Source: Gracilinanus agilis
Taxonomy: Eukaryota
NCBI RefSeq assembly: GCF_016433145.1
Contig: NC_058131.1
Coordinates: forward strand, 376,030,949 to 376,094,824
Reading direction: 5' to 3'
Length of the DNA stretch: 63,876 nt
In this document: positions 49,209-60,089 of the stretch, piece after piece
Layout of the letters: every line of letters begins with the position of its first letter
Position numbering within the stretch: the stretch's first letter is position 1
Made by a program: the position numbers and the translations under genes
The notes under the pieces: generated by a model
The model's database searches: none
What the model saw: only the letters and a program-made list of their open reading frames with translations
Told to the model about the DNA's origin: nothing

Positions 49209-50686
49209 CTATGAAAATAACAAAAGATGCAATAATAAGCATAATTTATGAAGCTAAAAATCTTTGAGGCGAATCAACTTTTAAGGAATCTATTTTATAC
49301 TTAGAGAGCTCATCTTGCTCCACCACAACAGAGTTAACCTGGGTTCTGGAAAGCTGTGCCGGCAAAGCACAAGTTTTCACAAGACTTGCAGAGGGCACCA
49401 ATGCCAGTCTGTGCCTTCATTATGGGGAGCAGCACAGTGGCTCATCACCAGGAGGCTGATCAGTTAATAATGAATTCTTTGGTTACTTCAACTCAGAAAA
49501 GAAAGAAAAATACAAAATGACCTTTAGGCCTATGCTGCCCCTTCTTGCTTCAGCAGTGTTAAGGGCAGAACAGAAGACAATGGGGACTGAGAAGCTAAGA
49601 ATAATACTGTTTAGTGGCTTTATATAGCACTAATTTAGTTGATGGTATTCTAAATGTGAGACCTATATTCAAAAACAAGTGAGTAAATATACTATTTGAG
49701 GCACTTAAGTCTGTTAGTCTTGACATTTTTGCCATAAATGAAGCCAGAAAATACAGTTGCAGCTAAATGGAAGATTTATGGTTCACAGATTTTCCTTAGA
49801 GTAGCAAGTTAAGAAATTGGTGGTGGTGATTTCATCAGATGTCCAAATATAATTTCATGTGCATTTGGTTATCTTGCACTTAAGTGCTCATGATAAATAT
49901 TTATCAAAAGTCCACTATGAAAACATTTGCAGCTTATGGGGCCACATGTTTTACAAAGTATGAAAACGTAGAGAATTTGAACAAATAACTAGTTAAGGTC
50001 CTCCAAATTCAATAAATATACACTTGATAATGGATGTCTTCAGCGCAAAATTGGGCACAAATATAGTTCAGGACAAAAGACTGAATGTGGTCAAAGACCT
50101 TCAGAAGACATAGAAGCCTCAGGCCTATATGTTATGAATTCTTTCTTTTGGGGAGGGAAAAAACAAAACAAAGTAGATGGCCTAAATATAATAAGTAACA
50201 AATAATAATACACAGAAATTATATTGATTTTAACACACTGGAAAAGCCTAATTACTAATATGAATCATTCTTGAATCTACTTCAATCAACCAGACAACTG
50301 ACTTGTAAAATAATAAATATAGGTATTTAAAGTAAACTAGAAATCTGAAAAAAGTTGAAAAATTATACATTGTAATATCAGAAGGTAAAACATTACGGGC
50401 AGTTATCACCTCACAAAATAATGAAAAGCAATGGTGCAATTTGAGAGAAGCCCAGCTGAGAAAAGTATTCCCAAGGACATCTGAGGATGAAACTAGAAGA
50501 AAGACAATAAATAAAAGACAGGAAAATATACACAGAAATGGTTTGTGCTGGAGGTGACAATTTTCCTATATGCAAGAGAGGCTACAATAAAAATGCAGCT
50601 GCTTAAGAAAATTAGGGTTTTAAATTCTTGGTTTGGAAAAGTTATAATCCTTTTTCTAAAACCAACAGCAATATAAAATACAGGGA

Positions 50687-51140
50687 ACAGCAGTAGATAG
50701 AGAACCAGGCCTGGAGGCAGGAGTACCTATATTCATATCCAGACTCAGACACTTACTAGATGTGTGATGGATAACTCACTCAACCCTGTTTGCCTCAGTT
50801 TCCTCATCTGTCAAATGAGCTGGAGAAGGAAATGGCAAACCACTCTAGGATTTTTGCAAACAAACAAACAAAAACAACAAAAACAACAACAAAAAACAAA
50901 TAGAGCCACAAAGACTTAAGAGGCAGCTCAGTGGTTATGAGTCCTGGGCCTGGCATCAGGAATTCCTAAGTTCAAATCTAGCCTTCATTGCTCTGTGACC
51001 TTGGGTAAAAGGATCCACTGAATTCACTGGAGAAGGAAATGGTAAATCCCTCCAGTATTCTTGCCAAGAAAACCCCTGAATGGTTCTGGTCCATGGAGAA
51101 GAGTCCATGATGAAGAGTCAAACATGACTGAACAACAACA
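50687..51140 (+). mobile_element. Two MAR1-type CORE-SINEs with RTE-like 3' tails
   Basis: CORE segment followed twice by ggagaaggaaatggcaaaccactc...; caacaa tails. Confidence 0.75.
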
Positions 51141-52676
51141 AAGTAGAAAGAACCAAGTAAGGGATTATAAATTTAGAAATAAAACTAAGGTTGGTAACAA
51201 ATTTTGAGGAGATAGAATTTGTCATTAAAGAAAAAAATCTTAAGCAACAATAAGTTTGAACTTTAGTATCTAAAAAGACTAAATTAAGGTCAATTTATAG
51301 TAGGACATGAAAGGAATTTAAAACAACTCAAGAATGAACTAAAAGGTCCTTTACTGTACTCAAAATTAAGGTAAAAGGCAATGATTCCTAATATCTTATC
51401 TACTCATAACTGTTCATAGATTAATTATCTGGAAATGGAAGAAAAAAGTTTCAAAACGTGCTTTCCCTGTTAACAGTATCCTTTTAATTCTCCCAACAAT
51501 AATTCTTAGAGGATTGAAACCTAATCTATTGGAACTTTTAATAACACCATGAAAATGAGCAATGATCAGTCTTTTCTCAATCAGTAAGTTCAGTTTGGAA
51601 TGTGGATCAACTAGTATTTTTTTTTACTTTTATAAAATATATTCCAGGAACTAGATTCTTTAAAGTACATATACATTGTTATACACTGTAGCTTTTTGTA
51701 TCAATGTTCTCGTTACCAAAGGATGCAACCTCCATAGAAAAGGTCTGCAATTCCTGCTACCACCAACTGCCACTTTAAGGTCAGGGAAACTAACCAATTT
51801 GCTGTTTCACAGTGAGACACAAGACAAGGAGAAATATGTACTAGACAGATCAAATCACCTCAACCATTTCCCTTAGTCTTCCATGGAAACTGGAGGACCC
51901 TACTGACCAAATGCCCTAGAACAGTCATGTTCCCTAAGCTATCAGCCCTGCTTTCAGCCTAACCCTATCATCTAGGGGAGCAATCTCCCCACGAGGCCTG
52001 CCATACCCCAAACCATCAATACCAAGTAGATGAGGCAGGATTTGAAAATGATTCAAAATCCAGCATTCTTTTATGTCATACTGTATTCTTCAGTTAGAAC
52101 TCAATATATTATATATATACAAATAACCACAGAACTTATGTTAAGCATTGCTTCTCTTTATATTTCATTAGTGATGAATAGAGGATTAGATTTTTCACTA
52201 TATGTTTTAAACAGGTACTGTATACTCTTTGGACATACCACTTATCCCTCCTCCCCATATAACAAACACACACATGTATATAATTCCATATACATAGAGG
52301 TACTAAACAGTTTTAGAATAGTGTTCCCTCAACCCTACAGTTTTTAAAGAAATCTCAAGAATTATGAAATAACAATCATTTCATAGGAACAGTTGAAGAC
52401 TTGAGTCCAGTTGAAGACTTGAGTCCATTTGGAATTAATAAGTACATTTAAATGAGATACATGTGACCTTGCCTAGAACAGAATTTGTACTAATGGTGTC
52501 AAATAGAAGATTACTTTATGAACTTAAAAAAAAAGGTTTTACTACAAAAAATACAGAAATGAATTTCTTAACACTTTGAACAATAGCTCCTACTCATGCA
52601 TTCACAGATTAATTCAGTCAGTCAATGTTAATATCTTTCATTATTTGGTTTATATCTATCACATAAAGTTTCTTAC

Positions 52677-52768
52677 CTTTAATTCCAAAGGTTTCAGATT
52701 TTTTGCAGTTGTGGTTGTAGGCCTGTCTTTACCATTATTAATACCCTCTTGATTTTCCATAAAAGCTG
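52677..52768 (-). CDS. HMMR: HMMR exon 3
   Basis: (A)AFMENQEGINNGKDRPTTTTAKNLKPLELK|gtaaga; 92 nt; tandem TAG/CAG acceptor. Confidence 0.85.
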
Positions 52769-53512
52769 CTATAAAAATTAAAATTTAAATATAAATAGAA
52801 GTAGTAATTTTTCTAAACATTAGATTTTAAATATTTTTATATAATTTATACTAGCTTTAAAATAAAAATACAAAGTAGCAGCCCAATTTAATCCTTTTGA
52901 TCTAGAATAAAATTTAGAAAAATAGTCAAAATTTTATTCTTTCTTCTTATTTACAAATTCAGTTTCAAATTATATCTTGGCTAAACCTATTTGGAATGGA
53001 AGAGTCTAGGGAAAGGGTGATCATGAGGAGAATCCTTTTATCTGTGTCCACATACCTTCATGTTGCTATTTAGATTACTTGCTAGGTTTAGTACTTAATT
53101 ACATTCATAAAATGTGTCAAGTACAGAGCAATTTAGTCCTTCATAATTCATTTGATTTTGTACATAAGAATTGCTTGCAGCTTCAATTTCTAGCTCTCAG
53201 AAATACCTGGGAATCTCTCCAAAATATAAAGTTTCCAAATTTTTAAAGCTTGTTATTCAATTATTTTTTATTTTTATTAAGTAGATGCCCTATATGTAAG
53301 TCAAAATGTCAGGTGCTGTGGAAAGCAGAGACAGAAAAGAAATATTCCCTGTTCTCAAGAAATATAAATTCTGCTGGGGGGAAAAGTAACTTGTACACAG
53401 ATAAGCAATACAAAGTAATTTTAGAAGGGACAGATGAGGGAGATGAATAAATATGAAAAAATTATATAAAAAGTATATAGTTTGTCCCTTTCATTTTGGA
53501 AGGTATTATTAC

Positions 53513-53611
53513 CCTGATGCTTCCTAAATCGTTGTGATTTCTCAAATGATACAGGCCCTTTTGGTATTTCTGAAGTTTTGACATCATAAGCTCCTGGAGA
53601 AGGTACACGAC
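53513..53611 (-). CDS. HMMR: HMMR exon 2 (N-terminal microtubule-binding region)
   Basis: (G)RVPSPGAYDVKTSEIPKGPVSFEKSQRFRKHQ; 99 nt. Confidence 0.98.
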
Positions 53612-55171
53612 CTAGAAACAACAAAATCAAATATCCATGTTTTATTTATTCAATGTATTTATATAGTAAGATTTGGGAAATTAATAGATTAGTAGTAGCA
53701 AAAATGGAATTTGTAAAATAGAGCTGTTTATTTCTCTTCACATAAAAAAAATCAGCTGTTTGTTGGTACTAAGAATCATAGAGAAATATTTTACTGTCTT
53801 GAATGACCAATACAAGTCCTCCTTGAAATAGAAACTTCATAGCATATAAGGGCATTAAGGAATACTTTTTTTGGGACTTTGGATAACTAAAATCCTGTTG
53901 CAAAAGAACTATAACTATTGATTTTAGTTTGTGGCAAATATGAAAAGTTAAGTCAAAATAAATGACATCCTGCAACTTAGCTTAGTCCTTTGGGCCCTAG
54001 GCATCTCTGGCATAAGAATCACCACCATAAGAAAAACAACATAGCCTCAGATAGATTAAGGGAAATTCATTAAATATAAACAAACTAAATAAAATATGAA
54101 TTTGCATTAAATTGTTTTTTAAACAATGGGATGATTTTCATTTAGTGAAATGACTAACAAAGAAAAAACTACAATACTTTCAATGGGAGAGTAAAGCAGA
54201 AAACATCACAGAATCCTAAGATCTCTACGTTGGAAGGAACCCCAACCATCATCCAGTAAAAAGAAATCATAGTTATAATACTTCTGGTACAGTCTTCTAG
54301 TCTCTTTAAAGACTTTCAGTGAGGAGAAACCTATTTATAATAAAGTACCTAAATATATATATACAACTTTAGGATTTTCAAAGCTCTTTAAATTATATGA
54401 TTTTATCTTCATAATAACCCTCTAAGGTTGGTGCTATTATTATACCATTTTGGAGATGAAGAAACAAGAGTCACAAGGAGGTTGAGTCACCCAGGATAAA
54501 ACAGCTAGTAAGTAGCTAGGGAATTATCTGATGGACTTCCTGACTCCAAGCTAAATACCAACTCCACATACTTTGCCACCTAATTTCAATGACTACTTCC
54601 TAAAACATTCCACTTTGGAACAGCTGTCTCCCCCCCCCCTTATTTCCCACTGAAATTTACCTATCAAAATTCCACACTTGTAAATATAAGAACAAGTCAA
54701 CTCCTTCTTTGGTATAACTCTTCAAATTCCTATAGTCATGTCAAGGTGTCACTGGATTTATAAGATCAAAGTGAACTTTAAAAATTAACTAGCCCAGTTA
54801 TTCTTAACCTGGTATTCAGTGATTTTTAAAAAAAGTTATATCTGTATTTCAATATAATTTGTTTCCTTTGTGATACTACCATTTTAATTTATTTTAAAAC
54901 ATTATTCAGAGAAAGGGTTCATCAGACTGACAAAGAAGTTCATCAAACACACATACACACAGACTTGGGAACTGTGACCTAGTCTGATATGCAACAGATG
55001 AAGAAACTGAAATTCAAGTGGAAAATGACTTGACACAAAAGAAAAAGAGTAGAGTTAGCTTTAGGACTCCAGCCTCACAACATCTGGTACAATTCTTTTG
55101 ACAACTAAGAACAAATCTATTCGTTCTCTCTTAATAAAGTCATACCAAGTAACGCTAGAAATAAGGCAGGG

Positions 55172-55283
55172 AACCCAGTGGAACTGCGCGTTCCCTATGG
55201 GAGGGGGGTGGGAGGAGGGGAGGTAAAAAACATGAATTACGGAACGGAAAAATTTTCTTAATTAATCAATAAAAAAATAAAAA
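55172..55283 (+). mobile_element. Extremely 5'-truncated L1 3' end with 16-bp TSD
   Basis: G-rich L1 3'UTR, AATAAA and A tail; TSD tagaaataaggcaggg (55156-55171) / tagaagtaagtcaggg (55284-55299). Confidence 0.75.
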
Positions 55284-55455
55284 TAGAAGTAAGTCAGGGT
55301 CTCAGGGGCCACAGACTTGGATTCTGAGGAAAGAAAGCTTCTGAGGGAGATGGATCATGAAAAAGGTCAAGAGAAACACCCCTGGCCTCTGATTTCAAAT
55401 TATTCAGTAGAAGCCTCCCCAATTGAAGACTGCACAGGCTCTCCTCTATACGCAC

Positions 55456-55501
55456 CAGAAGGGTCATTGAAGCGTTTTAGCGGAGCCTTCGGGAAGGACA
55501 T
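55456..55501 (-). CDS. HMMR: HMMR exon 1 coding part
   Basis: MSFPKAPLKRFNDPS(G)|gtgcgt; 46 nt. Confidence 0.99.
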
Positions 55502-55559
55502 ATCAGCAACTAGATGTAGCCTTCAGACAGGATGGACCACAGCAACAGCAACCCTCTCA

Positions 55560-56124
55560 CTTAAATTCGAAAAGTTCAGCTTGCTTGCCTCCTTCTCAAG
55601 AACAGCCAATCAGAACGTCATTTCCTTCTACTGCACCAATCCTCGGAGGAAGCATTTATGAGCATGCGCAAATGCCTCTGTGGCCAACCAGTTAGGTAGG
55701 CAAACACGCATGTGTGAGGAAACAGCCTATAGCCAATCTGGTGATCGCCATTTCCAGGATGGTTTCTGATGGGCAGATGAAATGTACGCAATTTGGTTTT
55801 CAACTGAGTAGTTGAAAGCTTAATGAATTTAGCCCGACTTTCCCATATCTCAGCCTTTCCTTTCCTTAACACTTCATTTATTTGTTCTTTTTATACAAAC
55901 TTCCTTCCTAGATCTCCATAGAATATCAACTCTTCCGACTCTGCCAGTTACCAAGATGGTCGCCGAGGTGAAGAAACTCTGGTTTCCGCCCGAAAGAACT
56001 TCACTGAGCTGTGCGCGTGCGCATGACCCATCGGCAGGGTGGGCAAAGACGCTTCCGCGCCTGCGCTCTGCGCCGAGGTACCTTGGCTGGTACTCTCAGA
56101 GGGCAGCTGGGAGCAGAGGGAAGC
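55560..56124. promoter_or_regulatory. HMMR/NUDCD2 head-to-head promoter region
   Basis: TTCGAA CHR variant at 55566-55571; CCAAT at 55606, 55636 and 55733; NRF1-like site at 55660-55670; GC box at 55986-55991; consensus NRF1 site TGCGCGTGCGCA at 56012-56023. Confidence 0.8.
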
Positions 56125-56313
56125 ATGTCTGCACCATTTGAGGAGCGAAGCGGGGTCGTGCCTTGCGGGACACCCTGGGGCCAGTGGTACCAGACCCTAG
56201 AGGAGGTGTTTATAGAAGTCCAGGTGCCACCGGGCACTCGCGCGCAGGAGATCCAGTGCGGCCTGCAGAGTCGGCATGTGGAGCTCGCTGTGCGGGGCCA
56301 GGAGATCCTCAAG
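56125..56313 (+). CDS. NUDCD2: NUDCD2 exon 1 (NudC domain-containing protein 2, CS/p23-like domain)
   Basis: MSAPFEERSGVVPCGTPWGQWYQTLEEVFIEVQVPPGTRAQEIQCGLQSRHVELAVRGQEILK|gtaggg; 189 nt, within a CpG island. Confidence 0.98.
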
Positions 56314-57247
56314 GTAGGGACGGCCCTTCATCCCTACGCTGTGTCCCAGCCCTCGAGAAACTGACCCCTAGTGTCGGAGCCAAACCGTACCCTGGGTCCA
56401 GTTGCCTTCCCCGGGGCCACGCTGTAAAATTTCATTCCCATGGCCTTCCAGGGCAGAACTTACTTAATAGTTTGCCAAGGGAATTTCTCTCGAGCCCTTT
56501 TGTCATAGTTATTATTCCACGTGCTAGTGGGTGACTAGTTCCTCTAGCCTCATTAGGAGAGAACTTTTAGGCCCAGAAGAGAAAACGCTCTTTTTCTGGT
56601 AGATTTCTCAGTACTTCCTTTAACAAAGCTGTCAGATGCCCAGAGTTACCATGGGAACGTTTGGAAGATGACTTGGAGGAATCTTGTGAATTCCTTACCT
56701 CTTTGTTCTCACCAGGGTCGACAGGAGTCCGTGCCACAGATTGGCAAGAGTTGAGAAAAAAGGTTCCGGAGAAAACGTGCCACACACACTTAGGGCAAAT
56801 ATCATAATCTCTAGAGCACAGGGGAACTTCAAAAAAATTATCTATTCCAACCCCTACATTTTGTAGATGAGAAAGCTGAGGCCAAGAAAAATCCCGGATT
56901 ATCCTCAAATCATATAGATATTGTCATAGGATAAATTTAGAGGTGGAGGGGATTTTAATCTAATTCCTGTATTTTGGAGATAAGGAAATTAAGGTCAAGT
57001 GACATAGGCTGTAATTAGCAGAATGAGGATTCAAATTTAGGTCCTCTTAACACCTACATAATCCAGTGCTCTTTCCACTGCCTTATGGAAAGTCCTTTAG
57101 TCCTGTAACTAGTTCAAAATATTCAATTTTCAAAATTCTTAACCCCCTGCACACACCTTTTCAGAAATATCTACATATGTGTAGAATACTCAGGTACCAT
57201 TGCGTGCCCTTCTTATAACTAAGGATGTCTTCCTTATCTCTCCAGAT

Positions 57248-57429
57248 TAGAAGTGTCAAATAGCAGGGATCCAGATTAAAATGTAATTGAGAAATATTTA
57301 ACAAAATAAATAAAAACACAACAGAACATAATGTTTTTATGTGATTTTCTAAGTCAACATGCAGTCAGAATGGATCCTTGTATACCATTTGTTAGTGGCC
57401 TGAATTTCTGTTTGAGTTTGACACCACTT
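57248..57429 (+). mobile_element. hAT-type MITE remnant
   Basis: Termini agaagtgtcaaa / tttgacaccact; TSD only partial. Confidence 0.6.
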
Positions 57430-57607
57430 TAGATGGTCCAACTTGAATATGGATTTAATTATCATCCAGATGCAAATGACTCAAATCTTTATACTTAGCT
57501 CTTCAGTCTCACAGCTGCTTGTTGGACAGCTTTACCTGGTTATGTCTCCCTCAAGACCATTATATCCACTTTAAACTTCCTTCCAAAACCACCTCCTCCA
57601 AACTTAC

Positions 57608-57790
57608 TTTTTTTATTTTTAAACTTTGCCCTATATTAGATTTGATACTAATGCAGAAGAGCAGGAAGGGCTAGACTTTGGGGTTAAGTGACTTGCCCAG
57701 GGTCACATAGCTAGGAAGTGTCCGTGGTGAGATTTGAACCCAGGATCTCCCAGACAAAGCCTCCAATCCACTGAACTACCTAACTGCCTC
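57608..57790 (-). mobile_element. SINE-1_MD-like SINE
   Basis: Reverse-strand SINE pattern (aagtgacttgcccagggtcacatagctaggaagtgtc). Confidence 0.85.
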
Positions 57791-59462
57791 TGAACTTATG
57801 ACTTGGAATCTAACATCTACACAATACATTATATCTCTGTACCAATTTTTTTATTAATGGAAAAGGCACTTCATGGGACACAAGACAATTGATTGTTTTC
57901 CTTGAAAAAGAGTGCTTTAACTCAATCCATGGGATGAAGTTAAATTTCTTCCTTAGTCTGGACATATAAGATAGATTAAGGATAATATCTTATCAGTTTA
58001 GTACTTAGCTCTAGGCTTAATACGTACTGGGTATTTAATGTTTATTGAATTGAATTTCCCAGGGTATTCCTTTTCAATTTTTTTTAAAAACAGGACCTTG
58101 AGCACTGCATAAAAGGGGGGCTGGGTATATAAAGTGCACTGAATTATTACAAAATTCTATGGCATTTTTGACCTTTATGGATTTACATGGCATCTTGAAA
58201 AGTTTCCTTATTTTAAAAACTTGGGAGATTTTGGCTTCTTTCTAAATGTTTTCGCAGGTAAAAAGGTTCTCACTTTTCATGTTTTTTATTCTGCCAAGTA
58301 GCAGTAAAATAAAGGGATTTTGGTTAGTTTTCTTTTAGAAACATTTTTACGTAACCAGAACTCTATAAATCTCATAACTTGACTTATCTCTTTAATACCT
58401 ATTCTAATTATAGCTTTTACCACAGACAACTGTTTATTAGTAAAGTTATTTTAGGAAAGGGAAGGAAGCCTGGGGCATCCTTTCTCTTGTGTCTCAGTGA
58501 TAGAAGTTCTCTGGATTAAGCTTGAATTCCCATGTTCATTTCTTAAGGAATATTCAAGCACTAATTTCATACAATTTAAAAAGATAATCTTACTAGTTTA
58601 CAGCTTTGCTCAAGAAGTAACCTGAAATATCCATCTGCTGAAAAACAGAATGTCTTAGTTTTAGAATTAGGAACATTATTTTATTTGCTTCCATCTACTT
58701 TGTGTTAAGCATAATTTCAGAAAATGGGGGGTTCAATTCATGTGTACCACGAACTTAAAATCCTGAATTTTCCTCAGCTTTCTTATAGCCCATTCCTATG
58801 TATAGGATTTGAATAAACTGTTAAAAATTTGATGGCTTAAAAATAAAAAAAAGCACTTATACTCCTAATTGATCTGAGTTCTCATTGATCTGTGGATATT
58901 TTCTTCAAAGATGCAAATCCCAATCCATCCACTCTTATCTGTATCTCCTAAATTAACTCCATATGGTCCATCCAAAATGCTGAGGGCCTTCCCCAACTTC
59001 CATCCATTACTATTATATCATTGCAACAGTACAATCTAATCTGCCCTGATGGCATATTCCTAGTAATATGATGAGTCAATATCGGCATAAGGCAGTGTTT
59101 TATTTTTATTTTTGTCAGGACTTGTGATTTCATTGGTATAGGGATCCTCTAGTGAAGAAATTCCCTTTACTAGGGCAAATCTGCAACTGTTATTCAACTT
59201 AATCTCAAAAGAGTTACTGGGGCACCAAGAGGTTAAATGACTTACTATTTACATAACCAGGATATGACAGAATTTGAAACCAGATCTTCCTCACTCTAAG
59301 GCTATCTCACTATTCATTATGCTGTTCTGCCTCCCTGAAACAATATGGAAGGGTTGAGAAATCACAATGCATATATTAAATCATGTAAACTTTTTTTAAT
59401 TGATTTTACATATTCAGTGAACTACAACATTTTGGGGCAATCTTGCAAATTTCTCTTTTCAG

Positions 59463-59511
59463 GGCAAACTCTTTGATTCTACAATAGCTGATGAGGGAAC
59501 ATGGACATTAG
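59463..59511 (+). CDS. NUDCD2: NUDCD2 exon 2
   Basis: GKLFDSTIADEGTWTL; 49 nt. Confidence 0.98.
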
Positions 59512-59738
59512 GTAAGGATATTTGCTACATTTGAAAACTCAATTTGGCATCCTTTTTTACATATTTTCTGGATCAGAGGTCCCCTTACCCCCTCTAAATC
59601 GTATCATTTTGTCCTTGTATCTTAAAAAATATAGCAGCCGAAGTTTATTGAAAAAAATCTCCCACGATAACGTGAAGGTTTTTAAAAGCCAAATCCAATG
59701 ATAAATTATAATTTCATAATTTGTCATTTTTTTCTTAG

Positions 59739-59890
59739 AGGACAGAAAAATGGTTCGTATAGTTCTTACCAAGACAAAGAGAGATGCAGCAAATTGTTGG
59801 ACCTCTCTCTTAGAAACTGAATATGCAGCTGATCCATGGGTACAGGACCAAATGCAAAGGAAACTTACCTTGGAGAGATTCCAGAAAGAA
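59739..59890 (+). CDS. NUDCD2: NUDCD2 exon 3
   Basis: (E)DRKMVRIVLTKTKRDAANCWTSLLETEYAADPWVQDQMQRKLTLERFQKE; 152 nt. Confidence 0.98.
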
Positions 59891-60089
59891 GTAAGTTATA
59901 TGAATTTATGAAGTCCTGAATTAAACATGTGCTAAATCTATATAACAGCTCTTACTATACATACTAACCTTTGAGCTTTTGTGGAAAGTCTTTGGAAAAT
60001 TTGGTGCTTTATTCATTTTACAAGTGTTCATTTATGTACTACCATTTACTAAAAAACCTCTCTTATAAAGTTCATTTAGTCCAGATATA

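Noticed and set aside
55317-55661. 114-aa ORF antisense to HMMR exon 1
   Set aside because: No recognisable homology; it overlaps promoter motifs and is likely a by-product of the local GC content.
58116-58135. Canonical-looking TATATAAA in NUDCD2 intron 1
   Set aside because: An isolated motif in AT-rich DNA, with no supporting CpG island, PSE or downstream RNA gene.
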